Positions 55,774 through 56,621 of a stretch of DNA of 56,621 bases are shown here, one piece after another; positions within the stretch are counted from its first letter, which is position 1; each line of letters opens with the position of its first letter. A program made the translations under genes and the position numbers. The notes under the pieces were generated by a model. It saw only the letters and a program-made list of their open reading frames with translations, had not been told where the DNA came from and searched no databases. The stretch covers positions 1-56,621 of the forward strand of contig JBDSJB010000116.1 of the NCBI GenBank assembly GCA_039917665.1. Direction: 5' to 3'. The stretch comes from Candidatus Binatia bacterium (lineage in GTDB: Bacteria > Desulfobacterota > Binatia > UTPRO1).

Positions 55774-56346
55774 GTGGGCATGCATTCCGATCATGCGATG
55801 ACTCGATGGGGCACGGCGGCGGCGGCGGAACGCATTCTGATCGTCCTGCTCCTGGTCTGCGTAACCGGCTGTGGCCTCTTTGGGCGTGAGCCGAGCCCCG
55901 TCGCTCCGGTACCGGAGCCGACGAAGGCCCCGGAAGCGTACCTTTTGCTGCGGCTGAACGAGCGGCGGCTCTACTTCGTCGAGAACGAAGTCAAACAGCC
56001 GTCCGAGGGCTACAAGGTGGCCATTGGCCAGCCCAAATGGCCGACCCCGACGGGACGCTTCCAGATCAACGAGATGGTCGAGAACCCCGATTTCCTGGCA
56101 TTCGATTTCAACGACACGAAGAAGCCCAACAAAGGCCGGGTCCCGCCGGGACCCAACAATCCGCTCGGTCTGCGTTGGATCGGCTTCGCGTACGCCCACG
56201 GCTGGCAGGTAGGGTTCCATGGTACCGCCAAGACTTCCGTGCTCGGACAGGCCGTGAGCCATGGCTGTGTCCGCATGGCCAACGCGGACGTCGTCAAGGT
56301 CTTTGAGCGGGTCAAGATCGGCACCACGGTTGTCGTCGAGGAGTAG
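55774..56346 (+). CDS. L,D-transpeptidase (YkuD domain) lipoprotein
   Basis: Lipobox is VCVTGC. It carries GQPKWPTPTGRFQI, NPLGLRWIGF, GFHGT and VSHGCVRMANADV. Start is ambiguous (GTG 55774, ATG 55780 or 55798). Confidence 0.85.
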   Translation: MGMHSDHAMTRWGTAAAAERILIVLLLVCVTGCGLFGREPSPVAPVPEPTKAPEAYLLLRLNERRLYFVENEVKQPSEGYKVAIGQPKWPTPTGRFQINEMVENPDFLAFDFNDTKKPNKGRVPPGPNNPLGLRWIGFAYAHGWQVGFHGTAKTSVLGQAVSHGCVRMANADVVKVFERVKIGTTVVVEE

Positions 56347-56388
56347 CACGGGACGCGGCGCGGCTGACCTTGTTCCGTCGCCGCGTCA

Positions 56389-56621
56389 TCAGGGCTGAAC
56401 GACGACCGTTGTCCCGAGCCGGACGCGGTCGTAGATCCGGATCACGTCGTCGTTCCGCATGCGGATACATCCGCCGCTGACGGCGCGACCGAGTAGCTCG
56501 GGGTGCGGCGTTCCATGGATGCCGACCGTCCACGTCCATCCCGCGCCGTGCGTGAACCCGATCCAGCGCTCGCCCAGGGGATTCGCCGGCCCTGGTGGAA
56601 TCCGCCCGATGACATGGGACG
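56389..56621 (-). CDS. L,D-transpeptidase (YkuD domain), N-terminus beyond the right window edge
   Basis: Not in the ORF track. Hand translation of the reverse strand gives ...GRIPPGPANPLGERWIGFTHGAGWTWTVGIHGTPHPELLGRAVSGGCIRMRNDDVIRIYDRVRLGTTVVVQP*. The stop is the complement of 56389-56391. Confidence 0.75.
   Translation of the reverse strand, partial: SHVIGRIPPGPANPLGERWIGFTHGAGWTWTVGIHGTPHPELLGRAVSGGCIRMRNDDVIRIYDRVRLGTTVVVQP

Overview
This is a 56.6-kb high-GC chromosomal segment; single lines I counted by hand run about 58-70% G+C. It comes from a diderm bacterium, shown by OmpA, LolA-like, RND and many lipobox proteins. A myxococcus-type cysteine-rich repeat and sigma-54 regulators hint at a Myxococcota or deltaproteobacteria-like lineage, but that is a low-confidence inference. 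I call about 50 protein genes, one tRNA-Ala(CGC), one frameshifted gene, several hairpin terminators and a few candidate operators or promoters. The content is mostly core. It includes the mreBCD-mrdA-rodA cell-shape operon, ppiD, bioA-bioD, trxA, dksA, larC and kdpFABC-kdpD. It also holds two-component systems, redox and lipid enzymes (TetR-carotenoid oxygenase, HxlR-CMD, LLM oxidoreductase-SRPBCC, nitroreductase-enoyl-CoA hydratase-ACAD, a P450), an MMPL/RND exporter with LolA-like and beta-propeller lipoproteins, secreted hydrolases, and a RES-Xre toxin-antitoxin pair. I saw no transposase, integrase, phage gene, CRISPR array, rRNA or recognisable defence island, so I cannot honestly name one clear-cut new system. 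Five things are the most unusual that the sequence supports. (1) The kdp operon ends with a sigma-54 NtrC-type response regulator instead of KdpE; it has a well-spaced -24/-12 element upstream of kdpF and a second kdpF-like 26-codon ORF. (2) Two related, inversely oriented long palindromic elements lie downstream of trxA. (3) A lower-GC secreted lipase operon carries a membrane-anchored partner. (4) A secreted HExxH and cysteine-rich-repeat protein has tandem C-terminal modules and a small secreted partner. (5) An orphan H-NOX gene sits next to a frameshifted doxX. All family names come from motif recognition by eye, not from database searches.
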